A stretch of 64,000 bases of DNA from a virus. Position 1 is the stretch's first letter. Each line of letters begins with the position of its first letter. Position numbers and translations under genes: made by a program. The notes beneath the pieces are model-generated. The model was not told the origin of the DNA. It searched no databases and saw nothing but the letters and a program-made list of their open reading frames with translations. Below are positions 47,400 to 56,451 of this stretch, piece after piece. The stretch spans positions 1 through 64,000 of the IMG/VR virus record IMGVR_UViG_3300036852_000134, one strand, 5' to 3'.

Positions 47400-48023
47400 A
47401 TGAAATGGTGGGAACGACTAGGCCGCGTGGTGGAAGCACGCAAACTGTCCGTCGAGGAAATCTCGGCGCGCTCGGGCGTGCCTGTGAAGAGTGTGTACGG
47501 GTACATCAATGGTGACGTTGAGAATCCGCGTGGGGATGTCATCAAGAGACTGGCGGAAGCTATTGGTATGTCTGAGCAGGAGCTGCGCTACGGAAGTGGT
47601 CCCCAACACCTAGTCACAGCTAAACGCATCCCGTTGTTGGATATGCACAAATTGGGCAAGCTTAAGGTTGGAGAGAACCCTCTGTCACAGTGGGACGGGG
47701 TCTCTACGGCCGAAGTTCCTGTAGAGATTCCAGAGGGTTGCTTCGCCGTTCTCCTGGCTGACGAGAGCATGGAGCCAGAGTTCAAGAAGGGCTCAGTCAT
47801 CATCTGCGACCCGAACGCGCCCATCATTCCAGGCAAGTACGTCGTCGTCGTCATGCCCGATAGCGAGGATGCCTTGTTCGGCCGGTTCAGGCCTGTGGGC
47901 TACAAGGATCTCCGGCGCTTTACGCTCATCCGAACCGGTGAGGACTATCCCGAGATCGAGTTCGGCGCGAAGGTGAAGGGTTTCATCATCGCCCGCGCCA
48001 TCAAGCACGTCCGGGACATCTAA
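47400..48023 (+). CDS. cI: CI-like repressor (XRE HTH + S24 domain)
   Basis: LSVEEISARSGVP..SVYGYING..NPR HTH; DESMEPEF S24 motif. Confidence 0.88.
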   Translation: MKWWERLGRVVEARKLSVEEISARSGVPVKSVYGYINGDVENPRGDVIKRLAEAIGMSEQELRYGSGPQHLVTAKRIPLLDMHKLGKLKVGENPLSQWDGVSTAEVPVEIPEGCFAVLLADESMEPEFKKGSVIICDPNAPIIPGKYVVVVMPDSEDALFGRFRPVGYKDLRRFTLIRTGEDYPEIEFGAKVKGFIIARAIKHVRDI

Positions 48024-48089
48024 ACCACCCTTACAACTTGTGCTGACAACCGTGGCCACAAAGCCACGGCTGACTTGCTGCGACGGGCG

Positions 48090-48148
48090 TTCTGAGTTTT
48101 TCGGAAGATTTTTATTGACGGTTCCCGGAAATTCGGAAATATTCAGAA
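48090..48148 (+). promoter_or_regulatory. Early promoter with three operators
   Basis: TTGACG (48115)-N17-AATATT; TTCYGA-N5-TCRGAA-like sites at 48090, 48122 and 48132. Confidence 0.65.
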
Positions 48149-48151
48149 CAA

Positions 48152-48280
48152 CACCGACACGGGTGTTCGGCTTCCACGCCGCTGACCGCAGGCTTCCCAG
48201 AGCGCCCTGCTCACTTGCGGCGCGGTCAGAGGGGTGAGGCGGCCCGCAGTCCCCTCCGCTAGCAGCGGCCCGTGTCGGTG
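48152..48280 (+). ncRNA. Candidate multibranch leader RNA
   Basis: 12-bp closing stem plus three internal hairpins, starting at the predicted transcription start. Confidence 0.45.
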
Positions 48281-48308
48281 CCGCCTTGGTTGAGGATGGA
48301 GAGATTGC

Positions 48309-48521
48309 ATGCCACTCGACACCAGCTTTGAGACCTACGCGCCTCGTTTCGAGAAGTCGTCCGACCTCCTCTACTACCAGCTCAAGCTGGTCGAGTGCCG
48401 CCTCTCCGGAGATCGCCGCAACGTCCCCTGGTTCCTGCGCTGCGCCGCTAGCTACCGCGAGCGCGACGTGCACTCCGAGCCTCACGACCATGGTGATTGG
48501 CTCGATCGGTGCGGATGGTGA
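48309..48521 (+). CDS. Early hypothetical protein
   Basis: GGAGAG RBS. Confidence 0.55.
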   Translation: MPLDTSFETYAPRFEKSSDLLYYQLKLVECRLSGDRRNVPWFLRCAASYRERDVHSEPHDHGDWLDRCGW

Positions 48522-48526
48522 GCGCC

Positions 48527-48724
48527 ATGACCGTCTCCTTCTCCAAGACATTCCCCGACTACCGCGCTGCCGCCATGTGGTGCACCGCCCACGACTTTGA
48601 TGGCGCTGTGATCGCTGACGCCCCCAACGGCGGCGTGATCGTCACCCTGTACGACGCCAACGCGATTGCCGCCATTGAGGCGGAGACGCAGGCGAGAGCC
48701 AAGATGACACCGGAGGCTGCGTAA
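48527..48724 (+). CDS. Early hypothetical protein
   Basis: MTVSFSKTF start; tight packing. Confidence 0.5.
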   Translation: MTVSFSKTFPDYRAAAMWCTAHDFDGAVIADAPNGGVIVTLYDANAIAAIEAETQARAKMTPEAA

Positions 48725-48725
48725 A

Positions 48726-49127
48726 ATGTCGCTCACAGTTGAAAGCTGGATCGAGGCGCTGGAGAGCGGGAAGTATGGGCAGGCGACTGGTCATCTTCGT
48801 GATGACGACGGCTTTTGCTGCCTAGGCGTTGCTTGCGATCTTGCTGACCCGAAGGGATGGGAGCCACACGGAGAATTCAGTTTCACGCATCATGACTCAG
48901 CAAGTTTCCTGCCCGACGACGTGCGCCTTTCCGTTGGGCTGGACACCGAATGCGGCGGGTTCGATTTCGAGAGCCTTCCGCAGGAACTCAGGCGCGAGAT
49001 TTGCAACTACACTCGTTATGGAGCTAGCGCGCTCTCGACGCTCAACGACCGCGGTGTTCCCTTCCCCCTCATCGCCAAGGTGATCCGCGCCCGCCCGAAG
49101 GGCTTGTTCCGGGAGGAAACCCCATGA
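48726..49127 (+). CDS. Conserved phage hypothetical protein
   Basis: WIEALESGKY.Q...L...FCCLGVAC...LND.G..F..IA motif; GGAGG RBS. Confidence 0.65.
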   Translation: MSLTVESWIEALESGKYGQATGHLRDDDGFCCLGVACDLADPKGWEPHGEFSFTHHDSASFLPDDVRLSVGLDTECGGFDFESLPQELRREICNYTRYGASALSTLNDRGVPFPLIAKVIRARPKGLFREETP

Positions 49128-49474
49128 CCGTCACCACATCCTCCGAGTATTGGACCACCGACATTGATCAGGTCCGGCAGACCCTGCGAAACATCGAGAA
49201 CCTAAAGCTGACTCTCCGGGTCGCGCCGCCCCGCCTCACCCATACCGACATCCTGATCCGTGAGGTCCAAGATCTGGACCGGGCGCTGGAACAGGTTCGG
49301 ACGCTCACTCACATCTTCGCCCTGACCATCTGCACCAGCTGCGTGGTCGGAGGCAGCATCGTCGGCGCCTTCACCCAAATTCCGACCCTGAATGTGGCGA
49401 CGGCCATTGGGCTGATCACATCCGGCATCGTCGCCCTCTGGGCCTGCATCACCTTCTCGCTTCGCAACGCGTAG
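49124..49474 (+). CDS. Two-TM hypothetical protein
   Basis: GGAGG RBS; ATGA overlap. Confidence 0.55.
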   Translation: MTVTTSSEYWTTDIDQVRQTLRNIENLKLTLRVAPPRLTHTDILIREVQDLDRALEQVRTLTHIFALTICTSCVVGGSIVGAFTQIPTLNVATAIGLITSGIVALWACITFSLRNA

Positions 49475-49483
49475 GAGTCACCC

Positions 49484-49933
49484 GTGACCGAAGCTGCGGC
49501 CATGTTCGATAAGAACTCGATAGAGCAAGCGGCCAAGTACCCAGGGCTTGGCCCGGCCTACTTCGAGGCTCGCGTCATCGTCGAACGCCAGATGGCGAAA
49601 TTCGAGGCGGAGCATTTCGAGCCGCTCCTCAAGAAGTTCACTGACGCCTTTCGCGAGAAGCTGTGGGACGACGTGCGCGACCACATGCTCGGCGACACCG
49701 AGATGAACCTGCAAAGCCACATCTACCACATGGTGGACTCCTGCATGCACGCGATCCTAGCCGGCGAACAGTGGGCAATCGAGCGGTACGCGCTGCAGAA
49801 GTACGACGCCAGGAAGGCGCGCGAGGCCATAGCCAAGCACATCCCGGCCGAATTACAGAACGCCCGGATCGCCGACATGGAGGAGGAGATTGCGCGCCTC
49901 CGCCGTGACCTAGAATTCTACCACCGCCGCTGA
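49484..49933 (+). CDS. Hypothetical protein
   Basis: AGGAG RBS, GTG start. Confidence 0.6.
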   Translation: MTEAAAMFDKNSIEQAAKYPGLGPAYFEARVIVERQMAKFEAEHFEPLLKKFTDAFREKLWDDVRDHMLGDTEMNLQSHIYHMVDSCMHAILAGEQWAIERYALQKYDARKAREAIAKHIPAELQNARIADMEEEIARLRRDLEFYHRR

Positions 49934-49953
49934 TCAGTCCAAGGAGTTCCCCC

Positions 49954-50175
49954 ATGTCCCAAGACACGCAGTGCTACGACACGCCGGAGCGCATCAAAGC
50001 GAAGCGCAAGGTCTACCTGATCCCATGGGAGGTAACAGGGTTCGTGGAGGTTGTCGCCTTAAGCGCTCTGGATGCCGAGGCGATAGCCGAAGCGTGGACG
50101 CCAGAAGCGCTCATCGCCACCGGCAATTACGAGTTCGAGACCCTGCCTCCGATGGAGAAGGGTCAAGTGCAGTGA
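49954..50175 (+). CDS. Hypothetical protein
   Basis: AAGGAG RBS. Confidence 0.55.
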   Translation: MSQDTQCYDTPERIKAKRKVYLIPWEVTGFVEVVALSALDAEAIAEAWTPEALIATGNYEFETLPPMEKGQVQ

Positions 50176-50507
50176 CCATCTCCATCACCCTCACCCACTA
50201 CGACCTCGGCCCGCTCAAGGTCCAGATCTGGGAAGAGGCGACGTGGCGCATGCGCCGCCGCATCTGGACGTGTCCCGATGATCCTGAGCTTGGGTCATTC
50301 GAGAACGGCGACTTCGAGGAAGCGCCCGTCACCATTGAGACGCTGTTGCTCGCGGCCCGCAACGATCAGATCGCGAGCGCAACTACCCTCCCCCACAAGG
50401 GGGAGGGTCCCCCTCCCTTGTGGGGGGAGCTGAGCTTCCAAAGAGGGCGTTTGGAAGATGCGGCGGACCCCAGCGGCAGCGAATTCCTCCTCGCTGCCGC
50501 TGGGTGA
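50172..50507 (+). CDS. Hypothetical protein
   Basis: GTGA overlap start. Confidence 0.45.
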   Translation: MTISITLTHYDLGPLKVQIWEEATWRMRRRIWTCPDDPELGSFENGDFEEAPVTIETLLLAARNDQIASATTLPHKGEGPPPLWGELSFQRGRLEDAADPSGSEFLLAAAG

Positions 50508-50613
50508 TGAAATTCAGGGTTGCCCGGCAACGGGCGAAACGGAGGCGGTTCGGTTGGCGCCCGCACCCCGGCTGGACCGCCTCCGGTCTCAACACGAGAG
50601 GAAATTGAGTGAG

Positions 50614-50844
50614 ATGGCTGACGAGTTTCCTGACGAGACGGTGTTGCCGGACGATTACCCGATCTATGGCGACTACCTCTACGTGACCGACGGCAAGCTC
50701 TATCGCTCTGACTGGCACGGCATCACTGTCCGTCAGTTGAAGCGCCACGAAGGCTTCACGGAGGTCCGCCGCTGCAACATCGAGGCGAGACGAGAGGAGC
50801 ACGAGAAACGGAAGGCTACGCAAGCGAACGGGGCTACGCCGTGA
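50614..50844 (+). CDS. Hypothetical protein
   Basis: MADEFPDETVLPDDYP start. Confidence 0.5.
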   Translation: MADEFPDETVLPDDYPIYGDYLYVTDGKLYRSDWHGITVRQLKRHEGFTEVRRCNIEARREEHEKRKATQANGATP

Positions 50845-51098
50845 CCGATCTCTCTCCCCGCGTCCTTCCGTTCCCCAAGCAGCACCGCAAGGCAGACTGC
50901 CAAGGCGAGGTCCGCAAGGTCTCCCTCAGGTCCCCCACCATGAGTCAGCTTCTCCAGTCCATAGGCGTGGACCCCGCTAAGTGGTGGATCGAGAACGGGA
51001 CGGCAATGGTCAACCAAGGTCTCAAGGACATCGCAGCGAATGCCGACCGCGCCCATGTGCGCGAGCTGCTGCTGATGAAATTGGAGGAGTTCAAGTGA
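50841..51098 (+). CDS. Hypothetical protein
   Basis: GTGA overlap. Confidence 0.5.
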   Translation: MTDLSPRVLPFPKQHRKADCQGEVRKVSLRSPTMSQLLQSIGVDPAKWWIENGTAMVNQGLKDIAANADRAHVRELLLMKLEEFK

Positions 51099-51286
51099 TG
51101 GCCGAACCAGCACCCGAGCCCAAAGGCGTAGGGCCTCACTCCACCACCGAAGAAATCGAGGCCGCCATCGTCAGCATTTCAGAGGCGATGAAGGGGCCAA
51201 TGCCGAACACGGAGCGCATGCTGCTGCACGAGGACCGCAAGGAAATGCGGGCTGAACTGGCGCGGCGCAAGGAGCGTAAGCCATGA
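51098..51286 (+). CDS. Hypothetical protein
   Basis: TGATG coupling; GGAGGAG RBS. Confidence 0.5.
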   Translation: MAEPAPEPKGVGPHSTTEEIEAAIVSISEAMKGPMPNTERMLLHEDRKEMRAELARRKERKP

Positions 51287-52122
51287 CCCAACCAGTACCC
51301 GAGATCCAAGGCGAAGTTTTGGCGCCAGCGGCCAGGACGCGGAAGCGCGGGAATGGCAAGGCACTCGCTGTGGCAACTGAGGCTCCGCCGCCCGCGCCTG
51401 TCTCGGAGTCAGCGGCGTTTGCCGCCCTATTCGAGCGCTTGGCGCGCGACCCCGCAATTGACCCCGCCCGTATCCAGCAGTTCCTCCAGATGAAGCGGGA
51501 GGAGGAAGACCGCCAGGCGCAGCGGGCCTTCAACGCATCGATGGCCGCCGCACAAGCCGAACTGATCCCGGTGGCGCGCAACCGTCCGAATGATCAGACA
51601 CACTCCAAGTATGCCGACCTGGCCGCCATTGCGGAGGCCGCCATGCCCATCATCCACAGTCACGGCTTTGGGCTCGGGTTCAGCGAGTTCCAGTCCCACA
51701 AGGAAGGGCATATGGGCGTCGCCTGCAAGGTCTCCCATGCCGGGGGCTTCAGCGAGCGCTACGAGTTCCATGTGCCGATGGACGGCGCCGGCCTTCGCGG
51801 CAATGCCAACAAGACCGCGACACACGCCTACGGGTCTACGTTCAGCTACGGGCGCCGCTATGCTACGTGCGGTGTGTTCAACATCGCGACCAAGGACGAC
51901 AACGACGGCAACGCCCCAAAAGAAAAAGCCCCGGCAGAGCGCATCACGGCAGAACAGCTCGCCAACTTGAATGCGCTCCTGCAGAAGACCCAAGAGCCGG
52001 CCGCGAGCGTTCAGATCACCCTTCAACGCTTCAAGGTTGACAGTCTGACCGACCTGACTCCGAAGCAGTACGACCTGTGCGTCAAGAAGCTCAACGAGGC
52101 GATAGGGGCGCACAATGACTGA
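51283..52122 (+). CDS. erf: ERF family ssDNA annealing protein
   Basis: KYADLAAI, HAYGSTFSYGRRY and DDNDGN. Confidence 0.9.
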   Translation: MTQPVPEIQGEVLAPAARTRKRGNGKALAVATEAPPPAPVSESAAFAALFERLARDPAIDPARIQQFLQMKREEEDRQAQRAFNASMAAAQAELIPVARNRPNDQTHSKYADLAAIAEAAMPIIHSHGFGLGFSEFQSHKEGHMGVACKVSHAGGFSERYEFHVPMDGAGLRGNANKTATHAYGSTFSYGRRYATCGVFNIATKDDNDGNAPKEKAPAERITAEQLANLNALLQKTQEPAASVQITLQRFKVDSLTDLTPKQYDLCVKKLNEAIGAHND

Positions 52123-52762
52123 AGAATTGCAGCAGGGCTCGGCAGAGTGGATTGCAGCTCGGCTAGGCAAGGTCACGGCATCGCGCATTTCAGACGTGAT
52201 GGCAAAGACCAAGAGCGGCGCACCGAGTGAGATGCGTGCCAACTACATGGCCGATCTCATCACGGAAAGGCTAACCGGGAAGCAGGCCGAGCGGTATGTC
52301 AGCGCCGCGATGCAGTGGGGCACGGACACCGAGGCCGCAGCTCGCGCCTCCTACCAATTCGAGGCTGGCGTTCTGGTGCAGACTGTCGGCTTCGTGGACC
52401 ACCCGCGCATCTCGATGTCCGGCGCCAGCCCCGATGGATACGTCGGCTCCGAGGGGCTGATTGAGGCGAAGTGCCCAGAGACGAAGACCCACATCAACAC
52501 CTTGCTGGGCGCCTCCGTTGACGGCCGCTACGTCAAGCAGATCCAGTGGCAGCTTGGGACGACAGGCCGGAAGTGGTGCGACTTCATCTCATTCGACCCC
52601 AGGATGCCAGAGTCCATGCAGATCCACATCACCCGCGTCCACCGCGACGACAAGCTGATCACCGAGCTTGAAGCCCAGGTGCGCGAGTTCCTGTCCGAGC
52701 TGGACGCGAAGCTTGCAGCGCTCACGTCTCGGTACGGCACTCCTGTTCGCGAGGCCGCCTGA
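52115..52762 (+). CDS. YqaJ/lambda-exonuclease family protein
   Basis: QGSAEWIAARLGKVTAS, GASPDG, IEAKCP, QIQWQL. Confidence 0.92.
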   Translation: MTEELQQGSAEWIAARLGKVTASRISDVMAKTKSGAPSEMRANYMADLITERLTGKQAERYVSAAMQWGTDTEAAARASYQFEAGVLVQTVGFVDHPRISMSGASPDGYVGSEGLIEAKCPETKTHINTLLGASVDGRYVKQIQWQLGTTGRKWCDFISFDPRMPESMQIHITRVHRDDKLITELEAQVREFLSELDAKLAALTSRYGTPVREAA

Positions 52763-52971
52763 TGCCCGCCATAGCCGAAGCCCTGAAGCGCGGGCAAGAG
52801 ACCTACATCTGCGCCGAGTGCGCCTACAAGGCCGGCGGGGTTTGGCCGCGAGGGCACGTCGCCACCTTTAGCGCAGGCCAATGCGCAGAGTGCGAGGAGG
52901 AGAAGTCAACCTGCGCCCTGTCCGATTGGAATTGGCCGGGGCGGAGGACGACGCTGGAGCGGGAAGTGTGA
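52762..52971 (+). CDS. Small Zn-finger-like protein
   Basis: Two CAEC motifs; TGATG coupling. Confidence 0.55.
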   Translation: MPAIAEALKRGQETYICAECAYKAGGVWPRGHVATFSAGQCAECEEEKSTCALSDWNWPGRRTTLEREV

Positions 52972-53138
52972 TGGCCAAGCCCGCGCCAACGAACCTGGAT
53001 CTCTGGTTCGAGGTCATGAAGCTGGCGAAGCGCGGGCTCGGGTACGAGGACTGCATCGTGAAACTCAAGATGCCGCGTGATCCAGAGACGCGCGATTGGG
53101 TGAGGCGCATCGTGCTGAACAAGGGATGGGAGAAGTGA
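52971..53138 (+). CDS. Hypothetical protein
   Basis: TGATG coupling. Confidence 0.5.
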   Translation: MAKPAPTNLDLWFEVMKLAKRGLGYEDCIVKLKMPRDPETRDWVRRIVLNKGWEK

Positions 53139-53635
53139 GTAACTCAGACCACGCGCTCGCCAAGTCCAGAGCCCCGCAGGGCCGCGGTGACGGGCAAACG
53201 TGCCCGCATTGCAAGCAGCCATGGCAGCACCGCAGCGACGCCGATCACCGCATGTTCTGGAGCATTCTGGAACTCGCCTACCAGAACTGGCCCGAACATG
53301 AATTTCAGCCTCTCGGCAAGATGCACCTCTATGGGTGGCTCTTAATTGAGTCCGGATGGCACGAACCGCCGATCGAAATCGAGAGCCGCAACAAGGATTT
53401 CATCCGGGATATCGTTATGTCGTTATTTCCCGCACTGAAATCCAAGATCCACTGCATCAGGTTTTCACCGACTGCGAAAGGCGTGCGCGTCTTGATCCCC
53501 AAGAGCCTAGATTACAAGACAGCAGGAAAGCGGCAGTTTCAGGACGTGCGTGCAAAGGTTTACGAGGTGATTGAAAGCGTCCTGCAAGTTCCAGTGGAGA
53601 CGCTGAAACGGGAGTCGCGGCAGGAAGCCGCTTAA
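53135..53635 (+). CDS. DUF1367/NinB-like recombination accessory protein
   Basis: RS..DHRMFW and IPKSL...QF motifs, next to ERF/exonuclease. Confidence 0.5.
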   Translation: MSNSDHALAKSRAPQGRGDGQTCPHCKQPWQHRSDADHRMFWSILELAYQNWPEHEFQPLGKMHLYGWLLIESGWHEPPIEIESRNKDFIRDIVMSLFPALKSKIHCIRFSPTAKGVRVLIPKSLDYKTAGKRQFQDVRAKVYEVIESVLQVPVETLKRESRQEAA

Positions 53636-53646
53636 CGGAGGACATC

Positions 53647-54081
53647 ATGAAAATCCAAGGCATAGACGTGATCGACGCCAACGAGGAAATCGAGGTCACG
53701 ATCACGCCGAACGATATCAAGCTCGGCAAGAAGAAGAGCGCCCACGAGTGCGCCGCCGCTCGCGCCCTTTGCCGGGAGCATCACGCGGAAGCGGCAACCG
53801 TCCACCTCAGCCGCGCCTATATCAAGAAGAACGGCAAATGGTGGCGATACAGCGTTCCGCCAATGCTTCGTTCTGAGGTTGTGGCATTCGACCGTGGCGG
53901 AAACTTCGCGCCCGGAGATTACACGCTAAAGACCGTGCAGCCGACGGTTCGGCTCGACGCTCCGGTCAAGAGGAAATGGAAGAAACCGGCTAGTTCCAGG
54001 CCTCAAAATGGCAACCGCCCGAAGAAGCCCTATCACGTCGTGACTGGCGTTCGGGGCCAGATGGTCCCGGATTGGGAGTGA
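53647..54081 (+). CDS. Hypothetical protein
   Basis: GGAGGA RBS; CAAARAL and FDRG..FAPG. Confidence 0.6.
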   Translation: MKIQGIDVIDANEEIEVTITPNDIKLGKKKSAHECAAARALCREHHAEAATVHLSRAYIKKNGKWWRYSVPPMLRSEVVAFDRGGNFAPGDYTLKTVQPTVRLDAPVKRKWKKPASSRPQNGNRPKKPYHVVTGVRGQMVPDWE

Positions 54082-54082
54082 C

Positions 54083-54460
54083 ATGACCGCTCCCCATCCT
54101 TGGCGCCACGAGCCGCGCAAGCGGCTCACAGACCAGCAGCGCGCGGAGATATTCTTGGAGCGTGGCGGGAAATGCCACCGCTGCGAGCGCAAGCTGAGGT
54201 CCGGCGACCGCTGGCAATTGGACCACATCATCGCCCTTGAGAATGGCGGCAAGGATGAGCCTGCCAATCTCGCTCCGTGCTGTGACTGGTGCCACAAGGG
54301 GAAGACGGCTGAGGATCATGGGAAGGCTGCCAAGGGGCGAGCTGTGGCGACCTCCTGCATCATTCCCACGAGCCAGAGGCAGAAGAAGGGTCGGCCGATG
54401 GCCGGCTCGAAAGCTTCCGGCTGGCGCAAGCGCATGGATGGAACGGTGGAACGACGTTGA
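54083..54460 (+). CDS. HNH endonuclease
   Basis: CHRC, LDHIIALENGG..NLAPCC..CH..KT. Confidence 0.88.
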   Translation: MTAPHPWRHEPRKRLTDQQRAEIFLERGGKCHRCERKLRSGDRWQLDHIIALENGGKDEPANLAPCCDWCHKGKTAEDHGKAAKGRAVATSCIIPTSQRQKKGRPMAGSKASGWRKRMDGTVERR

Positions 54461-54669
54461 TGCAACCAGGGAAATCGCGCCGCAAGAACGCAAGAGTAAA
54501 ATTGCCGATCCGGCATGCGCACGAACTGGAGGCGACGCTTCACAACGTGCGGGAGTTCTGTGGGATGCACGGAGCCGGCGAGGAGCTGATGTCGCACATT
54601 CGCTCTTGCGAGCAGAACGTCAAACGGGCTGTCGCGGATCGAGACCGTGTGATCGGGAAGTCAGATTGA
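54457..54669 (+). CDS. Hypothetical protein
   Basis: Coupled to the HNH stop. Confidence 0.45.
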   Translation: MMQPGKSRRKNARVKLPIRHAHELEATLHNVREFCGMHGAGEELMSHIRSCEQNVKRAVADRDRVIGKSD

Positions 54670-54771
54670 GTTTCCTCTGACGCGGGGCAGAGGGGAAGGC
54701 GGCCGGCGCCGCTGGGTATCACAGAGGCCAATGTGATGGCGTCGGCCGCCTGAATTACATGGAGAGGGAAG

Positions 54772-54972
54772 ATGGGCGAGACCGTAACGATCAGTCTCAA
54801 AGAGGATCGCAAGTGCGCCGAGTGCGGCAAGGGCTGGGCGGCCCAAAGCGGCCTCTGCCTCAAGTGCGTCCACAAGGCCATGACGTTCACCAAGGCTATG
54901 AAGTCGGAGCTTGGGCGTGCTCTGCAGGCGCGCTACCGCAAGATATTCGGTAAGGCAGAGCGGGGAGGCTGA
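54772..54972 (+). CDS. Small Zn-finger-like protein
   Basis: CAEC..CLKC; GAGGG RBS. Confidence 0.5.
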   Translation: MGETVTISLKEDRKCAECGKGWAAQSGLCLKCVHKAMTFTKAMKSELGRALQARYRKIFGKAERGG

Positions 54973-54981
54973 GCTAGGGCC

Positions 54982-55323
54982 ATGGCCGAACCTGCCACTC
55001 TGATGACGGAGGCCGACTTGGCAACGCTGCTCAACTGCAGCCGCCAAAAGGTACGTCGCCTCCCGATCCGAGGTGTCTACCTCAAGCCGGACCGAAAGCG
55101 CGACAGGCGCTATAACCGGGAGGATGTGAACAAGTACCTGCGTAGCATCGGGATCAAGCCATGTCCATCGGAAGGCCCAAAAACTCGCCGTTCTATCACT
55201 ACGACTTCCGCATTCGCGGACACCGATTTCGCGGGAGCACTGGAGAGGCTACCGAGCGCCAGGCGAAAGCCTTCGAGCGATCAGAGAAAGAGCGCCGACG
55301 TGCTGAAATTAGAGCCGGCATAA
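54982..55323 (+). CDS. xis: Excisionase-like HTH protein
   Basis: LMTEADLATLLNCSRQKVRRL...RRYNREDV..YL; overlaps int 5' end. Confidence 0.65.
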   Translation: MAEPATLMTEADLATLLNCSRQKVRRLPIRGVYLKPDRKRDRRYNREDVNKYLRSIGIKPCPSEGPKTRRSITTTSAFADTDFAGALERLPSARRKPSSDQRKSADVLKLEPA

Positions 55324-56216
55324 CACAGGCGAATACCCCCACCATTGCTGGCGTGTTCGTTAGGTACTGGGAGGCTGAGGGCCACAAGAAGGGTTGGGCC
55401 TACGGCATACAGAAGCACATGCAAGGCATGCTGGCATTCTTCGGGAAGGATCGGTTGTTCGGGGAACTCGGCAACGCCGATGTGGCGTCTATGCTTGAAG
55501 CCTATGAGGCATCCACCGAGCGTAATAACCGTGGCGGGAAAACGACGCGTCCCGGTAAACCGACGCCGAGCACAGCCAATAGACGTCTCGCCGTGCTGCG
55601 TCGAATATATAATAAGGCGCGTATCGAATGGGAGTTGTCGGTCAAAACCATAAACTGGAAAGCGCACACACGCGCAGAACCGAAAGAGCGCGTGCGTCAC
55701 ATCACGGTCGAGCAGGCCAAGACGCTACTGGATCGTCTGCCAAACCACATCATGATCATGGTGGCCTGGTCGCTGGCGACGGGCTGCAGGTTGAACGAGA
55801 CAGAGACCTTGACGTGGGTGCGCGTCAACTTCGAGACGGTTCAGGCTGAGGTGCTGACCAAGGGCGGCGGAACAAGGTTCGTGACGTTGGGGCCTGATGC
55901 GCTCGCCGTGCTCGCCCTATGTGATCGCAACCGGGGCCACGTGTTCGACCGCACCAACCGACGCAAGCTGTGGGAGGCGGCAGTGAAGGCGGCAGGGCTA
56001 GAGGACTTCCGCTGGCACGATTTGCGCCACTGCTTCGCGGTGTGGGTCGGTAACGCCGGAGCTGACATCGCGGTCGTGCAGCAGCTCCTTGGTCACAGCA
56101 AGATCGAGACGACGCTGCGCTATAGGAAGGTCATCACGGCGGAGAGGGCACGGGCGGTGCAGAACCTGCCGACACTGATCGAAGGGACTGTGGTGCCGAT
56201 GAAGGTCAAGCAATGA
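55161..56216 (+). CDS. int: Tyrosine integrase
   Basis: TGCRLNE, HDLRH and LGHS..TTLRY catalytic motifs. Confidence 0.95.
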   Translation: MSIGRPKNSPFYHYDFRIRGHRFRGSTGEATERQAKAFERSEKERRRAEIRAGITQANTPTIAGVFVRYWEAEGHKKGWAYGIQKHMQGMLAFFGKDRLFGELGNADVASMLEAYEASTERNNRGGKTTRPGKPTPSTANRRLAVLRRIYNKARIEWELSVKTINWKAHTRAEPKERVRHITVEQAKTLLDRLPNHIMIMVAWSLATGCRLNETETLTWVRVNFETVQAEVLTKGGGTRFVTLGPDALAVLALCDRNRGHVFDRTNRRKLWEAAVKAAGLEDFRWHDLRHCFAVWVGNAGADIAVVQQLLGHSKIETTLRYRKVITAERARAVQNLPTLIEGTVVPMKVKQ

Positions 56217-56225
56217 AGGAGCCTC

Positions 56226-56447
56226 ATGACCGATAACACAAAACAGGCCAATGGCCGACATGACTACCTAATGCAGTTCTTTGCCTATGCGCATCTCCCG
56301 CCGCATCTTCAGGAGATCAGCAAGCCGTTCGGAGAATTGGCGCAGCAGCTTGTTGATACGCTGCCGTCCAACCCCGAGCGCTCGGCAGGCCTGCGCAAAC
56401 TGCTGGAGGCCAAAGACTGCTTCGTGCGCGCGAAGCTGTTCAAATGA
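56226..56447 (+). CDS. Small helical-hairpin protein, possibly Acb2/Tad1-like
   Basis: FAYAHLP...LPSNPERSAGLRKLLEAKDCFVRA; AAGGAG RBS. Confidence 0.45.
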   Translation: MTDNTKQANGRHDYLMQFFAYAHLPPHLQEISKPFGELAQQLVDTLPSNPERSAGLRKLLEAKDCFVRAKLFK

Positions 56448-56451
56448 GGAA

